Source of the DNA: Zygnema circumcarinatum SAG 698-1b
Taxonomy: Eukaryota; Plantae; Zygnematophyceae
Reading direction: 5' to 3'
Assembly (NCBI GenBank): GCA_037447605.1
Contig: CM074808.1
Location: forward strand, 3,100,001-3,164,000
DNA: 64,000 nt
The notes under the pieces were generated by a model. That model was not told the origin of the DNA, did no database searches, and saw nothing but the letters and a program-made list of their open reading frames with translations. Position numbers and translations under genes: made by a program. Below, one piece after another: positions 9,799 through 22,000 of this stretch (within the stretch, counting starts at the first letter, position 1; each line of letters begins with the position of its first letter).

Positions 9799-12700
9799 TT
9801 AATACACGGAGTCTGCCAGGGAGGGCAGACGGTTTATGAAACAGACTGCCTTGGTGGGCGTCTGCGTGCGGAGGGAGGGGTGGCGGAGAGCCCACCACCC
9901 TCCCACCAGCAGCACCGGCTGCACCGGTAGCACATAGAGCAGGATTGCAGTAAGAAGGCAGCCGAAGGTGAAGATGGAGGTGGCGCTGCACAGCACAACA
10001 AGAACAAGGCCCACATAAGACGAGTATAGAAACAAGACCATGAAACTGCCATGCGTGAACAATGAGAGGAAGAGTCCCTTTCCCCCCTCCAGCCCCTCCA
10101 CTCCCTCACTTTCTCCTCTCCCTCACTTTCTCCTCTTCCTCACTTTCTCCTCTCCCTCACTTTCTACTCTCCCTCACTTTCTACTCTCCCTCACTTTCTA
10201 CTTTCTACTCTCCCTCACTTTCTACTCTCCCTCACTTTCTACTCTCCATTACTTTCTACTATCCCTCACTTTCTACTCTCCCTCACTTTCTACTCTCCCT
10301 CACTTTCTACACTCCCTTACTTTCTACTATCCCTCACTTTCTACTCTCCCTCACTTTCTACTCTCCCTCACTTTCTACTCTCCCTCACTTTCTACTCTCC
10401 CTCACCGTGGGTCACGCCAGCTCAGCAGGGCCTGCACTCGTTCGCCGTAGCTCGCAACAGTGCCCATGGCGGTCTGCACCTCCGCCGCTATATTTTTCAA
10501 TCGCTCATATCGCCCTTTCAAAATCTGCAACAAGCAGTTGCGAGCAGAGTCATTCAGGTGGTTCGCAGGGAAGAGTCCCTCGAGTGAACGTCGAGAGCAG
10601 AGAGAAATGCAGAGAGATGGAAGGCTAGATGATAATATAAATGGCAACTGAAGCCTTTTCCAAATGCTAAGGCACCGACTGCCTGAAAACTCTCTCTCTC
10701 TCAGCATTACCAAAACCTTAAGCCCCGGGACGACCATTCTTACACGATAGTACTTGACAGGGTTCATGGTTGCCTCCTTGTTTCTGAAAGCAGTAGCCTG
10801 ATCCATCTCCTCTTCCAGCTCATCCGGGTCCTCCATCTCCTCCCCCTGTGACAGCTTTTGATCCATGAAGGGCGGAGCATCCGGTTTGGAACTATAGCGC
10901 TTAAGGCCAAGGAGGGAAGCATAGAGGAAGATTGTGGGGAGGACCAATCCCGGGTAATATATGAGGAAAGCATAGAGCAGGTGCACCAAGAGAGTGGTAG
11001 AGGGATGCTTCCACTCTCGCACAGCTTTCAGCCACTTGAAAAGGGAGATGGGGCCCGCAGCTACTGCCTGCATTTGAATGGCAAAGTTGGTTGCTTCAAA
11101 CATTTTTACAGCTTTCAGGGGCCAATCAAATGGTAAGCAGCGAAGAGAAAGGGGAAGGGAAGGGAAGGGCGAGGGAAAAGGCGAGAAAACGGGAAGCACA
11201 AAATTCGACTTTTTTGCTTTGGAAAGCTCACCTTTATTCTGAACATGTTTGCTTTGATCCGTCGCATGCTGAACATGTTCTCATCTGTGTCCAGCATGAA
11301 CCGGACCACTTCGGGCCGCAATGGCGGCTGACATTGGGCGAGATGCGCCGTCACCATCGCCATGGCTGCTGTGCGGAGAAGCTCCTTCTCCTTCGCCTCT
11401 ATGGGCTCTATGTAGTGAATGGGGGGCAGAATCGGCTGCACATAGCGTCTGACCACATCCAACGTTCGGATGCAGGAGAAGCGAATGGCGAGTTCGAGCT
11501 CTCCCATCTTCTTCACTCCCTGTCTGGTGAGGAGGAGGAGAGGGTGGGAGTGAGTGTACACGCGGTTGCTCTCTAAGCAGTTCAGACGGATGCGTACTTT
11601 CCCGATGGGCTGATCCCTCGCTCCGCCTGCAACTTCCAAGGGGCTGTTTCTGAGATGCCTGTGGGAAACACATGACGAAAACAGAGAGGGGAGAGAGCAG
11701 GGGACGAGAGGGAGAGACGAGGCGGGAGAGTCAAGCACAAAAGTGAGGGAGCAGAATCGGTTCATATCGTATAGTCTAATCCATCCAGCGAAAATTCCGC
11801 AGAAATCGTTACCTTCTCCAACCATTTCAGAAACAGAAAACCACAGCAATCGAAAACCCACCAGAAAACAAGCACCAAACCCCCGAATAACCAAAACCCA
11901 ACACTCCAAAACCCACTCCCTCCCCTCCGCACCTATTATCGCAGACAGCCACTGTGAGCACCGTGCAGGGCTCATAAACCTCCCACTCGTACTGCTCATT
12001 CCAACGAGGGTTCAGGGCCTCCCTCACTGTCCTTGTCCGCACCCACCGCCGGCCGTACCGCGCCACGGCGTACGCGTCCGTACACCCCCCCCCGCCGCCC
12101 ACCGCCGCCTTCATGGGCGCCAGGTGGCGCGCTCCGATTAGCCCCAGGACGAGGCGGCCGAGGGGTGGGCCCCACAGGGCGGGGGCGGAGGGCTGGGCGG
12201 AGGCCACGTGGCTGGGGGGCTCCTCCGCCACGTGGTAGCCGCCCTCCCAGCACAGGCGGGCCTTGAGGCGGCCGCCCGGGGGGGGGCCGGCTCGGGCTCC
12301 GCTCTTCTGGAGGGGGAGCCACCTGTAGAGAGAGAGAGAGAGAGAGAGGTAGTGGGGGAGGGGGAGGGGGAGGGGGAGGGAGAGGGGGGGAGAAGAGAGA
12401 GAGGAGAGGGAGAGGAGAGAGAGGGAGATGGAGAGGGAGAGGAAGAGGAGAGGAGGAGAGAGGAGAGGAGAGGGAGAGGAGAGAGGGAGAGGGAGAGGAA
12501 GAGGAGAGGAGAGAGAGAGGAGACGGAGAGGAGAGGAGAGAGGGAGAAGGAGAGGGAGAGGAAGAGGAAAGGAGGAGAGAGAGAGGAGAGGGAGAGGAGA
12601 GAGAGGGAGAGGGAAAGGGAGGAGAGGAGGAGAGAGAGAAGAGAGGGAGAGGAGAGAAGAGGGAGAGGGAGAGGAAGAGGAGAGGAGAGGAGAAGAGAGA

Positions 12701-15700
12701 GAGGAGAGGGAGAGGAGAGAAGAGGGAGAGGGAGAGGAAGAGGAGAGGAGGAGAGAGAGGAGAGGGAGAGGAGAGAAGAGGGAGAGGGAGAGGAAGAGGA
12801 GAGGAGAGAGAGAGAGGAGAGGGAGAGGAGAGAGAGGGAGAGGGAGAGGAAGAGGGGAGGAGGAGAGAGAGAGGAGAGGGAGAGGAGAGAACAGGGAGAG
12901 AGAGAGGCGGGGACGGGAAAGGCGGGGGGGGAAAAGCGGGATGGAGGTTCACGGGATGAGCAGGTGAGAGGTCGACGGGAAAGGAGTTTGGCATCGCAAT
13001 GACATAACAGTGAAGTAAAGGAGCTGGAAGGACGTAACTACCAGCTGACACTCATGGGCTCTGTTGAAAGGCTGTATGTTTGCGGTATCCCTCCACTGAG
13101 TACAGCTCAGTCTACAGAATTTACTACGAGTACTAATGTCCTCTGCTAGCTGAAAACCAAGTCAAACCACAAAATCTTCCTGCCTCCCTTCCCACCTGGA
13201 GGCTATGGGCGTGTGTGGCGAGAGGCGGGTCGCTATCTGGTGGAGGGGAATCTTCACCTGTCCAATGCTCTCCTCCTGAACACACAGCGGCAACCACCCA
13301 CAAACTTCACTTCCCCTCCCAGCATCCACAATCCCTCTCCTCACCCAATTATGCTCACTAAAAATTGCAAAGGCGGAGGGAAAATTCTTCAAACTTATTC
13401 TTCTGTTGCACCCCCGCTTGCACCCTCTGCCTAAAGGAAGGTCCCTACTGAGGTGGGTGTAAGCATGTCCACTATCTCCATAGTGAGCGCTCCCTCAAAG
13501 GGCTCCGCTGCCACCAGCAGGAAACTCTCGTTCCAAAGAGGGCTGTTGCCCTTGTTGGGCGCTACTCCCGTCTGCCTCTTCTGAGTCCCCAGCCGGACTT
13601 TCACTATCTGCCACAACCCCATTCCATTTTGGCACTCAGTTTTGAGTCCAGCAGACCAGGAGGACGCCTTGCTGAAGAAACAGTGACGAGCAACTTTCAG
13701 TGCATGACCAACTCCATAATCTCACCTCCTCTCTCTCTACCAGCCCACTGCGCTAATTCTCTCTTTTCCTGACCTCCCCGCTCCTTCCCACTCTCTCCAC
13801 ACTTCTCACCCTCCCCTTCTCGCCATTTCCCTTCCGTCTCCGCTTCTCTCTTCTCCTCCCCCTCCCCTCCTCCCCCTCTCCTCCCCCTCTCCTCCTCCTC
13901 TCCTCCTCCTCTCCTCCCCCTCTCCTCCTCCTCTCCTCCCCCTCTCCTCCCCCTCTCCTCCCCCTCTCCTCCACTCCTCCCTTGCCGTCTCCCACTCACC
14001 AGTTCCGGCATGCGCCTTGCGGCGGGCAGCGGCAGGCCCTCCGCCTCGACCGCGACCGCCCGCAGGTACCAGAGCCGCGGCGCCGCGTACCGCTGCGACC
14101 GCAGGTGGGCGGCGCCGCCAGTGTCGGACTGCCACGCGTCCGCAAAGGACTCGTCCGACTGGTACCCGAACCACACAGCGACTTGCACGTCACCTGAACC
14201 CTAACACCCCAAAACCCGTTCAGGAATAAAGAAAAGGGAAAGCGAAAAGGAGAAGGTGAAGGCAAGGAAGGGGAGGGAGGGGCGAGTATTTTAGGGTTCA
14301 GAGGTGGCACCTTTTACAACGCAGCTGCGGCGGTCTGTGGTCCTTCTCTGCAGGCGATACCAAACAGGCGGCACCGGACACTCTCCAGGAGTCCGTACAG
14401 GCACTCCCTTGAGGGGAATGCTGACAGCCCCCAAAAAATCATCTGCACCGAAGCGGTCCTGCACACACATTAGCAGCATTAGGGGCAGAACATGGTCTGC
14501 TTGTAATAACCAAACAAAGGCTAGTTGAGTTTCTGCGAAGTACTCCAATCTCGCCCCTGCAAGATGCCTCTCCCCCCCTCTCCCTCCTCTCTCACCTCAT
14601 GCCACACTGAGAGGTCCAAGACTGCTCGCCTCTCCCTCTGCTCTCCCTCCTCCAACTGCTCCGCCGCAAAAGCGAACACTTGGCGCCACTCGGGGTTGAG
14701 CTCTCTCGGGACCGTACGGCTGCATGCGCTAAGGGGGGGGAGGGAGAGCCGGACATACTGCCAAACACAAGTAGCAAAAATCGGCCATTACTTAGGGAAG
14801 GAGGAGGAGGAGGAGGAGGAGGAGGAGGAGGTCTCTTCGTTAGGTTTCAGGAGCTGGGACAGAGGCTCCTTCCTTCCACAATGAAATTAGGGTCGCGTGA
14901 AAATGAGACTGAATGAGAGTGGAAGGGAGGGAGAGCAAGAGTGGGAGAAAGACACACCGGATCGCTTGTTCCCATAATGATATCCTTCGCCATCAAGGAG
15001 CGAGCTTGCACAAGCTGCACGAAGACATACTGCACATTATCGACCAAGTCGTACATGGAACCGAACTTGTGGTCCTGAAAGGCACCCTCTCCTGACGAAG
15101 AGTGGGGAGTTTCCACGGCAGAGAGACAAGGAGAATCCTCTCTGAAATTACTTTCACCGGTAAGTACATAATCGGGATCGTCTGTATGCATGACTGAAAT
15201 TTTAATCCTGTAGAGAAGCAAAAAGCAAAGTTCTTGTGTCAATTGGCCACATTTAGTGCCCAGATTCCTTCTGTTGAACTCGTGCATAAAACTAGCAGCT
15301 AATTATAGATTGGTTTTATTGCCAAGAGCACGAAAAAGGCAAAATCGCGCACCCAAGCTGCCCTGAGACATGTGAAAATAATCCCCTTCTTTCCAAAGAC
15401 CGCCACTTCAGAGTTTCCTGTCCCCTCAGAGCAAGGCCTTCTGCCTCCAATTGGCTTGAAATGGGAACTCGGACTCGTCCCAGAAAAGCTTTTTGCTTCT
15501 GCTTTGGGCCGGCAACAACTTCAGTGAAAACATTAATCTCAATAACCTCTCGCCTATCTCCCGAAGGAGCGGCGCCACTCCACGAAGGAAAAGAAAATGC
15601 AAACTGCACATTCAAGAACGGGGGAAAAAGACCACAGCAGCTCAAATTTTGTGTTCCGCTGTAGGTAGCAACGAATAGGCAATGGGCAGCTTTGATTAGT

Positions 15701-16370
15701 GCCACCATACTAAAATATTTGCGGCACTTCAAGTAAGGAGAGTACACTTACCGCCTCATTCCAAGTGGGATTCACATCTTGCGCTATGATGGACGTCCTT
15801 TTCGTTGTGCCGTTAAATTCCACCTGAAGGTGTTCACAACAAGGATAACGAATTGAGAAAAACTGCTGAATTTCACTTCAAAATGATGAAAAGCTAACCA
15901 GTTGACAAACCATGAAGCCAGACGACAGGGTAGACGACATTTGCTTCGAACAAGCTTCTGTCAAGATGCCAACTACTGGCATTTTCAAACCCCATAATGT
16001 GTTCAATTGACGAATAATGCAATGAATTCTGATAAAAATGATGCGCATGACCTCACTCCCCACAATTACATCCTCTCCGCAAGACATTCCCACCAAAAAT
16101 TCCTGCAAACGTGGATTATAATTCAGAAAAGGAGAAGCTCACTGTGCAGAAAGGGCTCGAGGACCCGTTGCCATCTTTGGACATCAAACTCTTCGCCTCA
16201 CAAATTTCAACAAGGAGAAGCCGAATGGAGGTCTCCCGTGCCAACTTCTGCCAGCTGTCCGACCCGGAACTGTGCGCAGCCGCCATCTCCCCCGACGACG
16301 ACCACAGCTCCACCTCGCCATGGCCCCCCGCCTCGCTGCTGCTCCTGCTGCCGCTGCTCGCGGGCCGCAT
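9799..16370 (-). CDS. MCTP: Multiple C2 domain and transmembrane region protein (FTIP1/QUIRKY family), about 13-14 exons
   Basis: Ordered exons give C2A (LLVEICEAKSLMSKDGNGSSSPFCT|VEFNG...DVNPTWNE), YDLVDNVQYVFVQLVQARSL, DDFLG, AVWFGYQSDESFADAWQSD, PRLWYLR, PLWNESFLLVAAEPFE, TDAYAVARYGRRWVRTRT...NPRWNEQYEW, KKMGELELAIRF, and PRT_C (PDELEEE...RYERLK...VASYGERVQALLSWRDPR...LRHPSLR...RLPSLAD). The exact start is uncertain. Confidence 0.92.
10101..10404 (+). repeat. Intronic 17-bp minisatellite (CTCCCTCACTTTCTACT)n, ~18 copies
   Basis: Directly visible, in the last MCTP intron. Confidence 0.9.
12327..12905 (+). repeat. GA-rich low-complexity tract in an MCTP intron
   Basis: Near-pure purine sequence with recurring GGAGAGGAAGAGGAGAGG blocks. 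A smaller CT-rich tract lies at about 13840-13980. Confidence 0.9.
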
Positions 16371-16547
16371 TTAGATCATTTGCAGCTCCCCTCCCTTCAC
16401 CCGCGCCGCCCTCCCCCCCGTCTCTCCTCCCGCATGGCGCCGCCCAGAATTAGGGTTTGTCCCCGACCGCCTCTCGGCACGCCTGCCCGCCATGGTCGCT
16501 CCGCCCGCCTCCTCCCAGACGGGGTATTTTTCGGAGCCACGATTTGC

Positions 16548-16601
16548 CCAATCACAACGCGCCACGTACGTAAAGTTGCTGACGTGGTATGCTGCCATTA
16601 G
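16548..16601. promoter_or_regulatory. CCAAT/ACGT dyad element in the MCTP|IMP3 divergent region
   Basis: CCAAT(16548)-N9-CCACGT(16562)-N14-ACGTGG(16582)-N9-ATTAG(16597); one mismatch to the perfect dyad. Confidence 0.65.
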
Positions 16602-16757
16602 GGGGTGTCAGACTTAAAAAATTTCAGTACGCGTGTTCGTAAGTTTGACATCAGAACGAGTACTCCAGTATAATCGCGATCCTCCTGCGGCGGAGTACTT
16701 TCGTAACCTTTTTTTTCGTAACGCTTTTCGTAAGATTTTGTTAAGTCTGACACCCCC
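16601..16757. mobile_element. MITE, 157 bp, TA target-site duplication (Tc1/mariner, Stowaway-like)
   Basis: Perfect 17-bp TIR GGGGGTGTCAGACTTAA/TTAAGTCTGACACCCCC, TA at 16599-16600 and 16758-16759, and internal TTCGTAA repeats. Confidence 0.85.
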
Positions 16758-17050
16758 TATTGGACGATAATGTTTTCGCAAGCGCCGAGGCCGGACAGCT
16801 CCAAGCGGTTAGGGACGAGCCGTGCGGCCGTACCAACGGTCACTACTAGGACCGTACGGACAATCAGTAGGCCGTACCGTACAATATATGTCGGTGGACA
16901 GCGACGGGCTCGGACATGACGTCATCGTCAAATATCGACGTCATCTTCGTTGAAACCATACGGCTAACCGTACGGCCACATGATTTGTCTTTAGTGGATC
17001 GTACGGTAGGGCTCACAAAGGGTCCAGAATTTTGAGAGGGGCGAAAACTC

Positions 17051-17162
17051 TAGGGTTCAGGGCCACCCGGAAGTGGGGCCGAGGGTTCAGGGCGGGTGGG
17101 CCCCCTGCAGGAACACCAGGTCTTGAAATTTCTCCTTCTTGAGAGCAAAAAAATAGGGTTTT
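17051..17162 (+). promoter_or_regulatory. Telo-box plus site-II-like module upstream of IMP3
   Basis: TAGGGTT at 17051 and TAGGGTTT at 17154, TGGGCC at 17097. This combination is known from plant ribosome-biogenesis gene promoters. Confidence 0.5.
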
Positions 17163-17274
17163 TTTTATTAAGGGTTTGGATTCACCCCGCTTTCTATTCA
17201 TACTTCTTTCCCTTGTTTCTTCATTAATTCAATTTTTTTTTTCAATTTTAAATGCGCTTTAGCCACGTGGCGCC

Positions 17275-18593
17275 ATGAGGAAGCTGAAATATCACGAGCA
17301 CAAGCTGTTGAAGAAGGTGAACTTTCTGCAATGGAAGAGAGAGCACAACCTGCGGGAGGTGGAGACTCTGCGCCGCTACCACATCACGGACAGGGACGAC
17401 TACAAAAAGTGAGTCGCCTGCATCTGATTCTAATCAAACAGATTCTTCACTTGAGTTGGCCTGGGAATGCCTGCAACTCTAAAGTCTGTGAAAGTTTCGG
17501 ACAAATTCTATGACCAGAAGATGAATCTTAAAAGAAAAAACGAAGGCTGAAGCGATTTAGGGTTCAGTTGTTTATTTGATACCTTTTAATATGCATTCAA
17601 TTTTAAGAAATGGTGTTTTGGAGTAATCTTTGAAGGACGCATGTAAATGCATAGATGTCCCTCTATTTTGGTTTTGTAATATTCGAACCGTAGCGCAGGT
17701 ATAACAAGCTCTGTGGAATGGTGACGAAGCTGACCAACATGCTGAAGAAGCTTTCTCCTCAAGATGCCTTTCGAACTCAGATGACGGAGCAGCTGCTTGA
17801 TAAATTGTGAGTAATTTTCGCCTTTTTCAACCACCAAATTCTTTTTTGAGGAATTGAATTCGCTTATAGTAGTTGTCCCGCCTTCGGCGCAACTGTCACC
17901 CTGAGTGAAATTCTGAACTGAAGTTGGCCAAAACGAGTTCCTTCTTCTGAACATGGCTCGAATTCCGTTTTTTTCAAAAAAATGCTTACCCAAAGGAACC
18001 TTGAGAGCTTGGCAGGTATAACATGGGCATAATTCCGACCAAGAAGTCGTTAGCGCTATGCGATAAACTTAGTACTTCTTCCATGTGCAGGTGAGTCGAG
18101 CTATCTGGAATGGTCTTCTAGATTCCTCTTGTAAGCACTATGATACAGTAGGGCTTTTTCGGCAGAATTTTATGTTTACATAGTAAGGGTTACTCGTCTT
18201 GCAGACGGCGACTGTCAGTATTGCTTGTCCGCAACAAGTTTGCTGAGACCATGAAGGAGGCGGTTACTTTTGTGGAGCAGGGGCGTATCCCATCCTCCTA
18301 TTACACCGGTTTTGATGCTCTTGTTTGTCCTTTACGATGATTATTTCATAACCGTTGTCTGAAACCCCCTATTTAGAATCGAATGATTGTTTAGAAAATC
18401 TTTATTTGCAAGTTTATGGTATCCTTGACAGAGGCCCTCAGATATACGAGTCGGACCCGAGACTGTGACGGATCCTGCGTTTCTGGTGACGAGGAACATG
18501 GAGGATTTTGTGACATGGGTAGACACCTCCAAGATCAGGCGGAAGGTCCTCAAGTACAACGACCGCCTTGACGACTACGACCTTCTGACTTAA
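17275..18593 (+). CDS. IMP3: U3 snoRNP protein IMP3 (S4 family)
   Basis: Exons 17275-17408, 17699-17806, 18016-18090, 18205-18284, 18442-18593, all GT-AG and in phase: [21 protein letters not shown]...[13 protein letters not shown]|YNKLCG...|[27 protein letters not shown]|[28 protein letters not shown]. Confidence 0.95.
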
Positions 18594-19094
18594 GGGAGGG
18601 AAAATGTGCTGCACTCCTGTGAGGCCAATTCTCTCACACCTAAGATAAGGCGGGTTCGTTTTGGGGGAGAATGTGTCCTACGGATTAGATGACGGAGATA
18701 TGTGACTTGCAACATGGGTGTTAGGAGCTAGACGAGATGATAAAGCCGCGGATTCAAGTGTACAGTAGGAAACTATTATGCTTCCAACTTCCAACCAATA
18801 TTAAAAAGTGACCTCGTTCTTGCCTCTCTGCCTTAGTTTTCCGTGTTCACTTCTTCCTCAGTGACGTTAACAGATTCACGCCGGCTAAGTCTTTGAAATG
18901 CGTGAAGCTACAAACCGAGTTTTGAAAACCAACAACAGACACAAGAAGGATGCAAAAGATGTGCGAATCCTGAACTCAACTTTATTACAGGCCTAATTGT
19001 TGAGATCACATACACAGTCTTTATGTCAGAGCATAAAGACATAAGCACTAGACTTTACCCTACACTACAACACAGAGCGCGCTTCCAATTTTTG

Positions 19095-22000
19095 TCACCT
19101 TGACTCGTTGCTCCCCTCTAAGTTCGATAATCTCTCCACATCCACCGGAAGAGCGCCTTCCCTTTCCCCGTGCTCCTCCCTTATTTCTCCAAGCAGTCTC
19201 TGCTTCACAGTTGAGCTTTCTGAGTGAGAAACAAAGAGCAGAGAGTCGTCTTCCGCTTCCACGGCCTCCGGCTGGTGCTCAAACTCGTGAGCATCCTTCA
19301 CCAGCTCTTCCAGAGCGGGAATGTCGGGGAGAGAAACATCCACAGCAAAAGGCACCATCTTGTGCTTCTTCACATACATCAGAAAAGGGTAAAACGCGAA
19401 TCCGAACACCGCAATGAACGAGCTGCACACATCCAAAAGCCGCCCTTTCTTCTTGTTAATAAATAAGCCAAAAAGCCCAAAAAGCCCAAAAAGCCGCCCT
19501 TCTTTCCTTTTGTTCATTGACTTTCCACCCTTCCTGTATTCCCAGTTCCTTTTATTCATGTCAATGATTTCTCCGTTAAACACGAGTGACAGACAACTCA
19601 ACTATGAATCGTCACTCCTCGAATTCTATGTTCATTGATGCAGATTCTCTACCCCCCAACACATCCTCTACCCACAGGAAGGGCCGAGAACAGATCCATG
19701 TTACGCACCTGACGATAATAGTTCGTGCTGAGGCGAGACACATCACCACCACTAGGAGCACAGTCGGCAGCAAACACATTAAACTGACTCCAATGGTACC
19801 CAGCGGCACCCTGCACATCCGATGGGCACGAGGGCTTTGCTGTGACGAACGCATTGAGGACCAAAAAGCTGAAAAGGTTCACTCTCCATTTTTACATTCC
19901 CCCTCCCCCTCGCACTCCGCTCATCCTCTACCTCCCCTCTCCCTCTCCCCCCCCCCCAACCAACATTCCCACTTCCCTCCCTCCCTCTCCCCTCCCACCT
20001 CCCGCCTTCCGTCACAAAAGCTATCACATATGAATGGTACCACAGGCCAAAATGTCGTGAATGTTGGAAGGTGCTTACTTGTAGGGTCGCTCGAGCTCTG
20101 GCCGATAAATTCGCAAGTGGATAAAGGCAGCAAACTCAAGAAGCATTGCAAAACAGTACAAGAAATTGAGAAATTCCACAATCTGCAGAACACAATAAAA
20201 CGAGTTGAAGTCATCAAGCTGCATGACTCGTGAGAGACTCGTGACTCGTGACTCCATTCCATAACACGTGGTCCTATCACAACGTAAGCCTCGAAGATTC
20301 CATCTGCTCAACTGAAGGGACCTTGCCAACTTGACTCCATTCATTTGCTGACTCCTTGCCAAACCCTGTGTTAAACTTCCGTGTGTGAGAAAGAGACTTC
20401 CGAATCTACCGTTCACCATAGCACAAACACTTAGAAAAATCTGAACTAGCTAGGCTTCATGCCGGTTCAACGGACCTCTTCGAAGCTCATCCATGAGAGG
20501 AGTAGAATGCCGCATGCTGAGCATAGAATTGCGACCAACGGAGTTCCATGTCGAGAACGGTACGCAAAAACTTCCGGGAGCATCCCACGTTCAGCCATTC
20601 CCAAAAGCTGGAATGAGTCACTGCACAGCAATCAATTAAGACCCATTTGCTCACTCAGAATTCACAGGGTGATTAGTTTAGGGTTTTCAGAGTCTACGGT
20701 GTCTGAAGTTGCATGTACACATGCACACCATGGCGACACATCATTCTCGCCACATCTCGGAAAGGGTATTTCGGGTTTCAAATCTCTACCTGAAGTGTTC
20801 AGAGTCAGCCTTCAAAACCGACACTATCTCACTCATGAGCTAACTCTTTGGTTGGTTCTACACAAGCCCACACCAATATACTGACAGTTGTATTATCTGG
20901 ATATCCAAAAGCATGGGACGTTAGAGCTCAAAACATTTGCATTTTCTAGGAGGAGTTGAAGGTTTTTAAGCCAAGACTCACCTGCTCATCTCTGCTGCAA
21001 ACAGTCCCATGTTCGATAAAGCCGCTGCAACTGCTATCCACCAGAACAGCCATTGGCCCCCCAAGATTTTTCCCACTTCCGCGAAATATCCGTCATCCCA
21101 TGCACCTTCCACGAAAGGAATTGCTCCGGTTCCCGCAAGTAGCGGAATGATATAAGAGAGGAAAACAAGTACTACTGCCATGAACAGGGCTTTAGGGAAA
21201 TTTTTTTGGGGTTTGTGGACTTCGCCTGCAAGCGTGCTGCAAGAGAAAAAAAAATGTACCCAAAAACGAGATAGCGTCAAGGAAATCACATATGAAAGCT
21301 ACTGAAAACGCTGTGTTAACGAGGCAATCGAAGGCAGTCAAGAACATCTCACCGAACCCTACAAAGAAGAAATTATAAGAACGTACCCAAATTGCATACG
21401 AAAATCAAAAAGTGAATCCTTGACCTTAAACTTCTCCTTGAACTCAAGAAACAATAGCAACAAAGCAGATCAGGAATCAAACAGGCAAAATCTAGGTCTC
21501 GTTATTGTTTCCCATTTCTTTAGGGAGTCGTTTTTGCAGTACTTTCATAGCATACATTACTTGGTGCATCCCAACACACCTGACTGAGTCCCAATAGTTT
21601 AGATTCCAAAACAGGGTATTCAGGTATCCACTCCACTGAACCTTTTTCAGATCTAGCAGCAACCTGCAATTCAAGTGCAAACACGCTGCATCATTACTGC
21701 AACTCCAAATCCGAGGTAATTCTGGCTTATTTATCTCAGAAATTTCATCGTTTCCGTCAGTTACAAAACGAAACAGACAAAGATAAGATAAATCAAAGAG
21801 TCATTAAGCCGTAAACCCGAATCATCTCAAACCAGCAATATACAATCTCTGACTTTCTTCCCTCACGTTCCATGCTGCGTGAATTGGACTAAGCAGAACT
21901 GAACTGCCCTACGCTACATTCGCTAAGAACTGAACTGACCCATGCATCAGAGGATCTCCTTACCATCTAGAAGGCTTCAGCTTTGGAATTGATAGAATGC

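Noticed and set aside
11996-13051. Long R/E/G-rich and L/S/P-rich ORFs (also 13697-14188, 10040-10628)
   Set aside because: Translations of GA/CT-rich intronic repeats inside MCTP.
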